This document shows positions 1 through 10,276 of a stretch of 64,000 nt of DNA, piece after piece; position 1 is the first letter of the stretch, and each line of letters starts with the position of its first letter. Source of the DNA: a virus. Taxonomy: Duplodnaviria; Caudoviricetes. The notes under the pieces are model-generated. The model saw nothing but the letters and a program-made list of their open reading frames with translations, was not told the origin of the DNA and did no database searches. The stretch covers positions 1-64,000 of the IMG/VR virus record IMGVR_UViG_2850126897_000005; one strand, 5' to 3'. The translations under genes and the position numbers were made by a program.

Positions 1-909
1 ATGATGAATATTAAAGCTAAACGAGATATTGCACATAAAACAAAAATCTTAAATCATGCCCGCGAAAGCAAAAACATTGCTAAAACATGTCGTCATTTTG
101 GGATCAGTAGAGAAACTTTTTATACTTGGAAAAGAGCTTATGAACGAGATGGCGAGAAAGGATTAATCAATAATAAACCCTGTCCTGAAAATCCAACCAG
201 AAGAGTTGCAAAACATATCGAAGAGCTGGTTATTTATCTGCGTACGACTTACCATTTTGGCCCCCAGCGCATCGCTTGGTATCTTCTGCGGTTTCATAAC
301 ATCAAAATATCACGCTCTGGCTGCTACTATGTATTACTAAGAAACAAATTAAACCAACTTCCCCAAAATCAGCGAAGTCGCTCTAAACCACTATTTAAAT
401 GTTATCAGAAACAAGTGCCTGGGCACCATGTTCAAGTTGATGTGAAGTTCCTATTTTTTAATACGCCAGATGGTCAACGAATTAAACGTTTTCAATATAC
501 GGCGATTGATGATGCGACACGGATCAGAGCACTTAAAATTTATGAAAAGCACAATCAGGCTAATGCCATTGATTTTATTAATTACGTTGTAAATAAATTT
601 CCCTTTAGAATCAAAACGATTAGAACGGATAATGGCCACGAATTCCAATCAAAATTTAATTGGCATATTCATGATCTCGGGATGGAGCATGTTTATATCA
701 AGCCAGCTACCCCCAGATTGAATGGGAAGGTAGAGCGTTCTCATTTAACAGATAAACAAGAGCTTTATCAATTAATCGATTATAAGGATGATGTCGATTT
801 ACATGAAAAATTAGCTGAATGGGAGGCTTTTTATAATTATCATCGCCCCCACTCAGCTCATGCTGGTAAAACACCGTATGAAGTGTTAAAAAATAAGCTT
901 GATCTTTAA
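1..909 (+). CDS. IS481-family transposase (HTH + rve/DDE core)
   Basis: N-terminal HTH (CRHFGISRETFYTWKR); DDE motifs VQVDVK, IRTDNGHEF, NGKVER. Confidence 0.9.
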   Translation: MMNIKAKRDIAHKTKILNHARESKNIAKTCRHFGISRETFYTWKRAYERDGEKGLINNKPCPENPTRRVAKHIEELVIYLRTTYHFGPQRIAWYLLRFHNIKISRSGCYYVLLRNKLNQLPQNQRSRSKPLFKCYQKQVPGHHVQVDVKFLFFNTPDGQRIKRFQYTAIDDATRIRALKIYEKHNQANAIDFINYVVNKFPFRIKTIRTDNGHEFQSKFNWHIHDLGMEHVYIKPATPRLNGKVERSHLTDKQELYQLIDYKDDVDLHEKLAEWEAFYNYHRPHSAHAGKTPYEVLKNKLDL

Positions 910-942
910 GACTTAACGTCAGCCGAGGTTCTGAGTGACACA
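1..942 (+). mobile_element. IS481-family insertion sequence, right part (left end outside window)
   Basis: Transposase followed by ...GAGTGACACA ending ~942, matching the 5'-TGT...ACA-3' ends of IS481. Confidence 0.7.
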
Positions 943-999
943 ATTAAGGGGAAATACCCTATTTAAACAAATAGTTATTTCCCTGTTTTTTTGCGGAAA

Positions 1000-2709
1000 C
1001 TAAGCATAGCTTGCTGTAATAATACGATATTCGCCCTCAATTATAGCTCCCTCATGTTGCCATTCATCGAAGGATTTTTTACGTTCAAATGATCTTTCAT
1101 TTGCTTGCAAAACAATGTTAAGGTTTTCTTGTAGTGCTTGATAAACAGGGAAAAGTTGATTGATAAAATCTTTATCGTTTAACGCTTCTAATAGGCCCTT
1201 ACGTTGCATTTCTAGCATTGAAACAATTTCTGCTACTAGATCTCTGAATTTAGCTTCTTCTTGGGCCTTTTTATAACTATCCCATGCTTCCAAAAGAAGA
1301 CCAGCCACAGCAATGGCCGCATTTGCTTTGGCGGCGAAGTTAACAGCTCCCCAGGGCTTAAATTTCATATATTTAGCCAAATCCACGCCGACCATTTTAC
1401 CTACAGAGACAATGCCGTCGCGAGCAGCTAATATATGAGTATTATTTAGTTTGATATTTTTTAGGCTAGAAATACCTTTGACAGCTAAATCAGCACCAAC
1501 TGAGGTTTCAAATCGAGCTATTTCATTATCAAAATCTAGGCTAATACGATGTAATCCACTAGAAATAGATTGACACTGACGACTAAATTCGGTTTCTATT
1601 TTTGTATTTAATACAATGCCTTCTGCACCAATTTCATTTTCATAAAAATCGTTAAACGTGGTTAGATCGGTACCTTTTACTTGGCGAATAAGTGAAGTGA
1701 AATGCTCATTAACAAAATTTATTAATTCTATACGAGTGCGGATAATTTTATTTTCTATCGATGCCAATTCATTTTTCAAATGTTGTGTTGTATCTGATAG
1801 CTGGTTCAATTTATCATCTAATAAACTCTGTTGTTGCCGTACGATTGGCATTTGTTTGCCTAATATGTCTTGAATAATGCTTTTTTGAGTTTCTATTACA
1901 ATAGGAGTGGCTCCTCCATTTTGTTCTATTGTTTGCTGTGTTGCTTTTTGCAAAGTTGCAATTCGGGATATTTCCTTAAATTCATCTAAATGCTCTAACC
2001 AATAGGATGTACCTTCACCAAATGGATTGGCTGAGATACCCACAATTTTTATGTTTTTTTCTTCTTGAACAGTCAACTTAATTAAGTTTTTTAAACGGGT
2101 AATTACATTTTGTTTTTTTATTTTTAGATTTTCGTGATAATCCCATTCATCTTCTATATCAGCGACTTCATCGAAGCGACTGAGAACAAAGATTGTACGA
2201 GGAAGTAGATTCAGTTCACGAAATAGCCAGGTTAAATCCTCTCCATGGCTTTCTTTCACTGGGTTAACTGAATTCATAACATACAGCACTAAATGTGCTT
2301 CACTAACATATTTTTTTGTTATTTCTTTATATTTTTCAATTTCTCCAGCACTATTGAGTTGTTCTTTAAAACCGAATAATCCAGGAGTATCAATTAGCTC
2401 AATGTCGTCATCTAAACGGTATACCTGCACTTCATTAGATGACTCCTGCTGGCTAATATTCATACTTTTATCTAAACGTTCTAACCAAGCGGATGCAATG
2501 GATGTTTTACCTTCAGAAAAACCACCAATCAAAGCTACTTTTAATATTTTTTCCTCTGCAGTTTTGAGTGCTGTTGTTAATTTTTTGATTAAATTTACAT
2601 CTGGCTCTAAACCAAAATCACGACCTTTTTCAATAAATTCAGCTAATTTTCGTAGTATTTGATAGTTCTTTTCTTGCTGATATTTAAATTCAGTTACAGT
2701 ATTACTCAT
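1000..2709 (-). CDS. leoA: LeoA/HP0731-family dynamin-like GTPase (Eleos LeoA-like)
   Basis: G1 IGGFSEGKTS, G3 DTPG, helical stalk, hydrophobic paddle near C-terminus. Confidence 0.85.
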   Translation of the reverse strand: MSNTVTEFKYQQEKNYQILRKLAEFIEKGRDFGLEPDVNLIKKLTTALKTAEEKILKVALIGGFSEGKTSIASAWLERLDKSMNISQQESSNEVQVYRLDDDIELIDTPGLFGFKEQLNSAGEIEKYKEITKKYVSEAHLVLYVMNSVNPVKESHGEDLTWLFRELNLLPRTIFVLSRFDEVADIEDEWDYHENLKIKKQNVITRLKNLIKLTVQEEKNIKIVGISANPFGEGTSYWLEHLDEFKEISRIATLQKATQQTIEQNGGATPIVIETQKSIIQDILGKQMPIVRQQQSLLDDKLNQLSDTTQHLKNELASIENKIIRTRIELINFVNEHFTSLIRQVKGTDLTTFNDFYENEIGAEGIVLNTKIETEFSRQCQSISSGLHRISLDFDNEIARFETSVGADLAVKGISSLKNIKLNNTHILAARDGIVSVGKMVGVDLAKYMKFKPWGAVNFAAKANAAIAVAGLLLEAWDSYKKAQEEAKFRDLVAEIVSMLEMQRKGLLEALNDKDFINQLFPVYQALQENLNIVLQANERSFERKKSFDEWQHEGAIIEGEYRIITASYA

Positions 2710-2725
2710 AACAATTCCTTTTTAT

Positions 2726-5104
2726 TTAGTATTTAATATGGTTAGCGATAGTCGTTAATTCAGTATTAGCTTGTCTTAATGAGTTATTGATAGCAGTACA
2801 TTGTTTTACTGGCAGCTCAAGTTCACTTTGGATCTTTTGCACTTCTACCAGCATTTCTTGCTGAATTTCTCCTATGATTTTATTTATCTCTTTTTCGATG
2901 GTTCCATTTGCATTACGTAAGATCTTATTAACTTCTTTTTTTTGTTGGGATTTTTTATAACCTGAGTCAAAAAATCCCCAAATAGATTTTGCTATACCAA
3001 CTAATGAACCAACTAGGGCGATAGCTCCTCCAACAAATGCTAGCGTCCATCCCACAGGATTTGTTGCCAAAAAAGCAATACCCAGAGCACCACCAACACC
3101 ACTAGCAATTAATCCACTTATTTGTAGTCCATTATCAACATTAATATTAAATTTAAAATTTTGTTGAAAATTAAGATTATTATTTTGTTTGATAACAATA
3201 TTCTTTAAATGTTGACTTGAACGGTCAATAATATTTCTAATTTTTTTACCAAAAATATTGGCTTCATTTTCAATGGCATGTTTAAGATCACTTTGTATAG
3301 TGATAGCTTTTTTTTCTAATATATTTTTTAGATCGCGTTTAAATTCATCATTGCTTATATCATTGTCAATTCTTTCGTAAATATGCGTTTGTACCTGATC
3401 GTGAAAATTACGGCAAATTTTACTCCCTATAGCATTTAATGTGCCGATAAATTCATCTAAAGCAGCATTAATTTTTGATTTTGCATTTGAAACTTCACTT
3501 TTTACATTTCTATTTAAATTAGAAAATTCAGTTTGCAATTTTTGTAATTCAGTTAAAGACTCTTTGAGTGTTTTATAAGCTTTATTTAAATTTGATTGCT
3601 TAATTTTATTTCTGTAATCGCCAATAATTGCAGTCTTTAAATGAGTGATAAAATCAGTCACACCACTTAATGATAAAATGGTTTTTGGGTCACCAAATTT
3701 GTCTAAAAACTTTTTTTGTTCTCTGGCTTCTTTGCTACCAGGTACGATACATTCTGTCAGTGCGAGATAAGCTGGGCGAGCACTTACAACTAAGCTTCCG
3801 TAGTATTGTTCTTGTAATTCTGATTTTAATTTTTCATTCATGGCCGCCAAACTGTTACGGTTATCTTCATTTAATAGTGGTGATGTGAGTTGACGCGGAC
3901 TGTTCGCAGGGTGGTTGTATATAGACCATACTTCACTTTGTGCGGCAAGATGTTTTTTAATTCTTTCCAGCGTTCCTTTTGTCGTTACATTTTCACCATC
4001 ACTCGTTTGTGGTGGGCGTGCTGTACGAGTAACATAAAATACAGCGTGGGCTTTGCGTACAGCCTCTTCAATTGGCGTACTTACAATCGTTTCATCACCT
4101 TCGATACCCGGAACATCAATTAAAGAAAATGCTTGTCCATCGACATTAAAGTCGAAAGAAGTATTATTACGAGTAAAATCAGAACGACCATCCCCAATAA
4201 TCTGCCCATCAGCAAAATCGGTTAATTTCTTAGCATCATTATCTAAACGGTTTTTTTCTCGCTCAGCTTGTTGTTGTTTTTGTTGTAGCTTTTGCTCCTT
4301 TTGACTTAATAGGGTGAGTTCTTGCTGTTTTTTCTCTTGTATTTGTTGCAGAGCCGCAGTTGCCTGTTGTTTTTCTTGTTGTTGGCATTGTAGGAGTTCT
4401 TGCTGCTCAATTTGTTGTTGTTTCTTCACTTGTGAACAGTGATCTTCAAGCTCAATAAGTTGTTTTTCTTCATGAGATTTGAAGAAGTAGGCTATTATTT
4501 TTTGTATCCAAGTTTGCTCTGCTTTTAGTTTTTCCAATAATTCACTTAAGTTAAAAATTTCAGACTCAATTTCGTTTATCGTATTGTTATGTCTTGTTGC
4601 CAATATTTTTGACTCTTGGATGTTTTTCTCTTTTGTTTGGCGAGTGGTTAACTCTGCTTGTATAATTGGCTCAGCATATTTTTTCGACAATTCGGTTATT
4701 TCTTGTTGTATTTCTTCAATCGCTTTCGTCATATCCATAATTATACGACAAACTTTATCAAATGCTTCTTGCGTTAATCCAAGCTGCTGTTGGATTTCTT
4801 TAAACTTTGACTGACTCTCTTTTTTAGTTTTTTCGCAGAGATATAAACGTAAAGCTTCAATTAAAGTTGATTTACCTGCATTGGTTTCACCATAAAAAGC
4901 AATAGTAAAACGATTCCATTCGCTATTTTCTTTTAATTTTTCTAGTTCTTCTTGAATATGGTTGTTGAGTAAACTTAAGTTGTCCATTGCATCAGAAATA
5001 TCTTCTGCTAATCGTTCATCAAGTTGTTCTTCTGTTAATTTTCCTGTAACCGTTTGTATTTGTTTCTGAATTTTCTCATATATTTCGTTAGATAGTTCGT
5101 ACAT
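2726..5104 (-). CDS. Dynamin-like GTPase, fused LeoB/LeoC-like (Eleos LeoBC-like)
   Basis: G1 YGETNAGKST, long Gln/Glu coiled-coil insert, G3 DVPG, Gly-rich membrane hairpin; likely start ATG 5104 (track gives 5158); 16 bp from leoA. Confidence 0.8.
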   Translation of the reverse strand: MYELSNEIYEKIQKQIQTVTGKLTEEQLDERLAEDISDAMDNLSLLNNHIQEELEKLKENSEWNRFTIAFYGETNAGKSTLIEALRLYLCEKTKKESQSKFKEIQQQLGLTQEAFDKVCRIIMDMTKAIEEIQQEITELSKKYAEPIIQAELTTRQTKEKNIQESKILATRHNNTINEIESEIFNLSELLEKLKAEQTWIQKIIAYFFKSHEEKQLIELEDHCSQVKKQQQIEQQELLQCQQQEKQQATAALQQIQEKKQQELTLLSQKEQKLQQKQQQAEREKNRLDNDAKKLTDFADGQIIGDGRSDFTRNNTSFDFNVDGQAFSLIDVPGIEGDETIVSTPIEEAVRKAHAVFYVTRTARPPQTSDGENVTTKGTLERIKKHLAAQSEVWSIYNHPANSPRQLTSPLLNEDNRNSLAAMNEKLKSELQEQYYGSLVVSARPAYLALTECIVPGSKEAREQKKFLDKFGDPKTILSLSGVTDFITHLKTAIIGDYRNKIKQSNLNKAYKTLKESLTELQKLQTEFSNLNRNVKSEVSNAKSKINAALDEFIGTLNAIGSKICRNFHDQVQTHIYERIDNDISNDEFKRDLKNILEKKAITIQSDLKHAIENEANIFGKKIRNIIDRSSQHLKNIVIKQNNNLNFQQNFKFNINVDNGLQISGLIASGVGGALGIAFLATNPVGWTLAFVGGAIALVGSLVGIAKSIWGFFDSGYKKSQQKKEVNKILRNANGTIEKEINKIIGEIQQEMLVEVQKIQSELELPVKQCTAINNSLRQANTELTTIANHIKY

Positions 5105-5440
5105 GGCTTCCCTTTCATTTATTACTTTTTTATTAATTTTATGGTGATGGTAAATCACTATATTGAAACTATTTTAGATAAGTATAAGATATTTTTAAAT
5201 GTTTTTAATATATTCTGATAAAATAATTATCAATACCTTATAAGCATATTTAGAATGTTTTTTGTTGATGAATAATCAGAAAGATAGTAAAAAATTTATT
5301 AAGAACCTATCCCTGAAGGGGCATGTATTCAATATTTATATCATCATTGTTCGAGTTCCATAAATGTCCCAATGAACTTACCATGTATTTCTGTTAACTT
5401 TGAGTATAGTACCAGCTAAATTTAGCTGGTACACAGTAAA

Positions 5441-6682
5441 TTACCCAACTAGCGATATCCCTCTTATCCCGCCTTCAATAATACTTCCTCTATCAGCCGC
5501 CTCGATAAAATCAGCCCACCATTGCATCATGGGGCGTCTTTGCTCTAGGTAGTCACTGCGATTATAGGCGCGTCTAACTTCGTTTTTATCGACGTGGGCG
5601 AGGGCGGCTTCAATCACATCAGGTGGGAAGCCTTGCTCATTGAGAGCGGTGCTGGCAATTGAGCGTAGGCCGTGTGAGACAAGTACACCGCCGAACCCAG
5701 CGCGTTTTAATGCTGCATTGACTGTTTGGCTATTCATCGGTTGGGTTGGCTTGATACGGCTAGGAAAGATAAACTCACGATTACCACTGAGTGGTTTCAT
5801 GAGTTCTAGAATAGCCAAAGCTGCACCAGATAACGGAACAGTATGTTCGCGGTTCATCTTCATTCTGGCAGCGGGTATCTTCCATTCCTTGGTTTCAAAG
5901 TTGATTTCGTCCCAACGGGCTTCAGCCGCTTCTGCAGGGCGGGAGATGGTGAGTAATTGCCACATGAACAAGCATCGAGTCGATAGGCTAATACTAGCTG
6001 TTCGCATTGTTTGCATGAGCTTTGGTAGCTGATCAGGGGGGATACTTGGCATATTCTTTTTCTTGGGCTTTTCAAAAGCCTTGCCAATGTTGATACTTGG
6101 AACGGCATCAATTAAGCCAGTATTTTGAGCATAGATCATCACTTCGTTAATACGCTGACAAAGGCGGCGAACAGTTTCAAGTGCGCCTCTGGCTTGAACG
6201 GGCTGTATTGCTTGAACCAATATATGGGCTTTGATATCGGTAACACTAATATCACCAATAGCGGGGAAGACATCTCTTTCAAGTGAACGCCAGATATCAT
6301 TACCATAATCTTCGGTTACGGTGGACTTCTTCACTTCCCACCAACGTTCAGCGACAAGTTGAAAGGTATTGGTTTTAGCCTCTTGAGAGTTTCTTATTTG
6401 ATCTTTTTGATATTCTTGAGGGTCAATATCTTTTACCAGTAATGAGCGAGACTCTGCTCTAAGTTTTCTAGCATCTGAAAGTGTGACCGCAGGGTAGGCC
6501 CCAAAACTTTGTTTGGTCCTTTGTTTTGTATACGGGCGGTAGTAACGGAATTGCCATAACTTGCTTCCGCTAGATTTGATTAGCAGTGTGAGTCCATCAC
6601 CATCATACAGCTGATAGTCCTTGTCCTGTGGTTTAGCTGCTTTGATTTCGGTATCGGTTAATGGCTTAGTTTTTCTTGCCAT
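5441..6682 (-). CDS. int: P4-family tyrosine integrase (IntA/CP4-57 type)
   Basis: MARKTKPLTDTEIKAAKP arm-binding N-terminus; ISR, HGLR, LAH and Y (RSDY) catalytic residues. Confidence 0.93.
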   Translation of the reverse strand: MARKTKPLTDTEIKAAKPQDKDYQLYDGDGLTLLIKSSGSKLWQFRYYRPYTKQRTKQSFGAYPAVTLSDARKLRAESRSLLVKDIDPQEYQKDQIRNSQEAKTNTFQLVAERWWEVKKSTVTEDYGNDIWRSLERDVFPAIGDISVTDIKAHILVQAIQPVQARGALETVRRLCQRINEVMIYAQNTGLIDAVPSINIGKAFEKPKKKNMPSIPPDQLPKLMQTMRTASISLSTRCLFMWQLLTISRPAEAAEARWDEINFETKEWKIPAARMKMNREHTVPLSGAALAILELMKPLSGNREFIFPSRIKPTQPMNSQTVNAALKRAGFGGVLVSHGLRSIASTALNEQGFPPDVIEAALAHVDKNEVRRAYNRSDYLEQRRPMMQWWADFIEAADRGSIIEGGIRGISLVG

Positions 6683-6863
6683 GAAAAATCTCCATGCGTT
6701 TAGGCCCAACAAAGATGTTAGTTCTTTTCGTTGGGCCTATCAATGGGCCTAAAGGAATTAGCTTGGGTGGGATAAAATAGGACAGTGTAGGACATAAAAA
6801 AACCCACAACTCATTGAGTTAGCGGGCTTTTCAGTCTTCTTTGGACGTCCTTAGAAGATAATT

Positions 6864-6896
6864 TGGTGGAGCTGGCGGGAGTTGAACCCGAGTCCG
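6864..6896 (-). repeat. att site: copy of tmRNA (ssrA) 3' end
   Basis: Minus strand CGGACTCGGGTTCAACTCCCGCCAGCTCCACCA matches the enterobacterial ssrA T-arm and acceptor end; terminator-like hairpin at ~6800-6830. Confidence 0.92.
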
Positions 6897-7054
6897 TAAT
6901 TTTTTAATTAATTGATTACTAAAGAGTATTTTAAAAGAGTGGCAATCATGTGCACTAGATGTGCACATGGAGGTCATAGTGTAGGGATCCCGAAGGCTAT
7001 TATATTAAATACTCATTAGAGTGGGATCTCTAGTTTATGCCGTTACATATGTTA

Positions 7055-7975
7055 TTAAAGATGAATAATTTTTGCATATTTATCCATACATCCTATCTCT
7101 ATATATAGTGGTTCTAAATCTTGTATTGGTGATGGAGGTACCCATATTGCTCTTACTTCATTTTGATATGAGTATCTAAAATGCTTGGAAAATAATATAT
7201 TAACATCTTGTGGATCACATATCAGTGGATCTAAATATTTGACTGGGGATACGAACCCAGTGTAATCAGAGATTTTTTTACGACAGGCTTTCATCATTTT
7301 TTGAAATAAAATTCTTGGGTCAGAAATAATAATACAGGAGTCTGCTTCAAAATCATCAAATTCTCTAAAAGTATATTTATTAGCAAAGCAATGAACGTAG
7401 TAATTAGTATTCGACTTAAGATGGAATATAACATTGCCATATGTCGGTATATTGTTATTATCATTATCTTTAATGATTACCTGCTCAGATTTTCTACTAA
7501 CAGAAAAAGAAAGCTCATCATCTTGTATCGCCTTGTTTAATGAAGGGTCATTGTAGAATGATGCAGGAGAAATTCTAATTCGACCATACTTAAACATTGG
7601 CATTAAGTGTGTAATTTTTCCAAATTTATATACATATCCTTCCTTCAGTCCATCAACTTGATCTATTATTTTCTTTGATGCGGGTATTTCCGGATAAGTA
7701 GGATTAACGGTAGGAAAATCTTGCAAAAAGCCAGAAGTAAAACCATTAGGATATGGGCCATACCGTAATCCAAACTCTTCTACTATATGAGTCCATTTAA
7801 TCATCCAAAATATGCCAGTATCATTGATGTCATGAAGACCAATTTGACCTTTAGGAGTAAGGGTAGACATGTTTGATATGATATCTTTAGTCCTTGTTTG
7901 TAATTCATCATCAGATATATGTTCCATATACCGATGCTGACGATATTCATTTCGCCAAAGTTCATGACGTTTCAC
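7055..7975 (-). CDS. Cargo protein; C-terminal domain resembles DUF2971/ADP-ribosyltransferase-like fold
   Basis: AT-rich ORF between int and att; motifs YVHCF, VKY, FSKHFRYSYQNEVR (cf. K..W.YE.E.R); family call is by eye. Confidence 0.5.
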   Translation of the reverse strand: MKRHELWRNEYRQHRYMEHISDDELQTRTKDIISNMSTLTPKGQIGLHDINDTGIFWMIKWTHIVEEFGLRYGPYPNGFTSGFLQDFPTVNPTYPEIPASKKIIDQVDGLKEGYVYKFGKITHLMPMFKYGRIRISPASFYNDPSLNKAIQDDELSFSVSRKSEQVIIKDNDNNNIPTYGNVIFHLKSNTNYYVHCFANKYTFREFDDFEADSCIIISDPRILFQKMMKACRKKISDYTGFVSPVKYLDPLICDPQDVNILFSKHFRYSYQNEVRAIWVPPSPIQDLEPLYIEIGCMDKYAKIIHL

Positions 7976-8237
7976 AATATTATCCTTAGCACAAAACTAT
8001 TATTAGGTTTTATTTTCATCTACCAGTATAGGTTAATCGTATGTATTCTCATTAACAACATGATTATTTTCAAATCAATTAATACCTTCTCATATATAAC
8101 TGAGCACATTTGCTTTTATTGTGATAACTACACTGATTTGAACTGAAGTATACCGTGAAGAGGCGGTTTTTGATGAAATAATTCTATTAAATACAAAGTT
8201 GCCTATTATTTGAAATTTAATTCAATTTAAATAAATC

Positions 8238-9419
8238 CTAGCTTAAAGATATTTGAGACATATTATTCACCGTCCCCCCATCATACTCCTTAAGATACCC
8301 TCCATAGTGCCTAAACAGCATCTCAGGCCCCTTATGCCCCATTTGTCCTGCTAGCCAAAATAGATTAGCGCCTTGGCTAATATGTCTCGTAGCAAAGGTA
8401 TGTCTCGTTTGGTAAGGATTGCGATATCTGATACCGGCTTTTTTCAATGTTGGTACCCATGCTTTCTTTCTGATTGCATCAGCTCCTGCCCAAGCCTTAT
8501 TTGTTTTCGGATCTTCAAAAATCACATCATCTTTCAGGAACGTGAATTGCTTCTGGTTATTTAGGGCGTTCAGGGCTTCACTATTCAACTCAACCTTTCT
8601 AGTACCAGCTTTAGTTTTGGTTTTCTTAATAACACCAACCACGCTGGCAGATTGCACGTGTGCAGTATTTTCTATGAAATCAATATCACTCCATCTTAAT
8701 GCACATAATTCAGAACTTCTTAACCCAGTATTAATGGCAAATTGAAATAGGGTTTTCCATTGTTCATATCTTGACGCAGCGAGTAGGGCAGAGACTTCTT
8801 TAGGTGACAACGGGTCGACTATATAACTGCTTTCATTATCACTATTATTTGATTGATACCTTGAAGCAGATACAAGGCTTACTGGGTTAATTGACACTAT
8901 CCCATCGGTAATGGCTTCATCCAGTGAGCTACGCAAAAACGAGAGCTGATTGCGGATGGTTTTTAATACTGTCGTTTGCTTTTGTATCCAGTTTTTTAGG
9001 ATTGCTGGTGTCAGTGATGAAACATGTAATTGGTGCAAATCAGACAGTGCACTTTTGCATTTTTTATAACCGCCAATCGTTGAGGGAGATAAATTTCGAG
9101 TTTCGCAAATAACTAAATACTCATCTAAATAATCAACCACTCTTTTCTCACGATTATTAACGCCAAAAAGCATTAATTTTTTAGAGTTAGGAAAATATTT
9201 AGCGTAATTAAAAGTGCCTTTTTCAATGTTATTTTGAATTTCAGCAAGTAACCTTTCAGCATATTTAATATTTTTATTATCGACGGTTAATCTAGAGAGA
9301 GGCTCTCTACAGAGCGCCCCTCTATAAGTAAACGTGATAACAATAGTTTGGCTGGTTTTGTTGTTACGAACCGTCACCCCTCTTGGTAGTGTGTAGCCTG
9401 TTTGTTTTTTCGCGCCCAC
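8238..9419 (-). CDS. int: Lambdoid tyrosine integrase with arm-binding domain
   Basis: TGLRSSEL, YQTRHTFAT, MGH and Y motifs. Confidence 0.93.
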   Translation of the reverse strand: MGAKKQTGYTLPRGVTVRNNKTSQTIVITFTYRGALCREPLSRLTVDNKNIKYAERLLAEIQNNIEKGTFNYAKYFPNSKKLMLFGVNNREKRVVDYLDEYLVICETRNLSPSTIGGYKKCKSALSDLHQLHVSSLTPAILKNWIQKQTTVLKTIRNQLSFLRSSLDEAITDGIVSINPVSLVSASRYQSNNSDNESSYIVDPLSPKEVSALLAASRYEQWKTLFQFAINTGLRSSELCALRWSDIDFIENTAHVQSASVVGVIKKTKTKAGTRKVELNSEALNALNNQKQFTFLKDDVIFEDPKTNKAWAGADAIRKKAWVPTLKKAGIRYRNPYQTRHTFATRHISQGANLFWLAGQMGHKGPEMLFRHYGGYLKEYDGGTVNNMSQISLS

Positions 9420-9583
9420 TTATTCACCTCAGCAATATCAATCCAACGTTCTTTTGAACCCTCAACTTTTAAAACATGTACACCGACTATCCAATATTGC
9501 CGTTGTATGCGCTTATTAATGGACTCTGGTGTTTCTCCGTACATATTGCAGTATGCGGAAATAGGCAAACATTCATATAACAT
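9374..9583 (-). CDS. xis: Excisionase
   Basis: Small wHTH-like ORF overlapping the int start; ATG at 9583. Confidence 0.7.
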   Translation of the reverse strand: MLYECLPISAYCNMYGETPESINKRIQRQYWIVGVHVLKVEGSKERWIDIAEVNKWARKNKQATHYQEG

Positions 9584-9656
9584 AATTTCCTCCCATATCC
9601 GCTTGCTTAATGTCGCGGAGAAATAAATCATAGCCTTCTGTGATATTTTGTCTCAT
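9573..9656 (-). CDS. 27-aa ORF overlapping xis start (not in track)
   Basis: GAGGCAAGACCAAG-ATG; MRQNITEGYDLFLRDIKQADMGGNYVI*. Confidence 0.45.
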   Translation of the reverse strand: MRQNITEGYDLFLRDIKQADMGGNYVI

Positions 9657-9834
9657 CTTGGTCTTGCCTCATCATTAATAAAATAAGTTGGTCAGCAATG
9701 TTGCAGGCATGCTTGATATCAGCTTTTGTACATGGTCTGTTTTTTACACTGGCAGCTAGCTTGCCTAACTTAATATCAAACTCAGTTAATAACTGTTCCT
9801 CGGGTGCCCAAGGGGTTAATTGTGGTTGTTTCAT
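9628..9834 (-). CDS. Phage hypothetical protein
   Basis: 68-aa ORF in leftward early operon. Confidence 0.55.
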   Translation of the reverse strand: MKQPQLTPWAPEEQLLTEFDIKLGKLAASVKNRPCTKADIKHACNIADQLILLMMRQDQDETKYHRRL

Positions 9835-9906
9835 GGTGGTTATCCATTGGTTTTGAATAAACCACCACAGTAAGAAAAAATGCAGAATAAAACTGATTAT
9901 GCTTAA

Positions 9907-10080
9907 TCAATTATTGGCCCGAATAATTGCTTCGATGGGATAGCATTCAGACAAAACACCTCGTTGAGTTAGGGCGTCTTTATCCATTAAACAATTCTGC
10001 TCATCGGGATAGGTATAGCCGTTAGATTTATATAAACAATCAGCACCACTGCAAATTAGCAGGAATAAACCATAAATCAT
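9907..10080 (-). CDS. DUF1482/YebW-like small protein (not in track)
   Basis: MIYGLFLLICSGADC...EQNCL...ECYPIE; ATGA overlap with upstream ORF. Confidence 0.6.
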   Translation of the reverse strand: MIYGLFLLICSGADCLYKSNGYTYPDEQNCLMDKDALTQRGVLSECYPIEAIIRANN

Positions 10081-10247
10081 TGTTTACTCCTTTGTAGTTC
10101 TGCCTGAGTAGGCTGTATTTCTATTCTAATATGTGCAGGAAAGTCATAAGAAACCTTGCAACGTCTATCTGTTGAAACAAACCCGTGCGAGCCATCGGGT
10201 AGGGTGATTTTGACTTCCTGGTCTTTTTGATGTTCGTGTCTTAGCAT
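10077..10247 (-). CDS. 56-aa phage protein (not in track)
   Basis: GAGGCAAGACCA-ATG; MLRHEHQKDQEVKITLPDGSHGFVSTDRRCKVSYDFPAHIRIE... Confidence 0.6.
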   Translation of the reverse strand: MLRHEHQKDQEVKITLPDGSHGFVSTDRRCKVSYDFPAHIRIEIQPTQAELQRSKQ

Positions 10248-10276
10248 TGGTCTTGCCTCGTTCGTGACATGTCACA

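Larger units (their letters stand above)
1..6896 (-). mobile_element. P4/CP4-57-like integrative island at ssrA (partial, continues left of window)
   Basis: P4-type integrase transcribed away from an ssrA 3'-end copy at 6864-6896, followed by cargo. Confidence 0.75.

Noticed and set aside
6864-6896. tRNA gene (also at 51745-51788)
   Set aside because: Only T-arm and acceptor 3' halves are present. They match the ssrA 3' end and act as att repeats.
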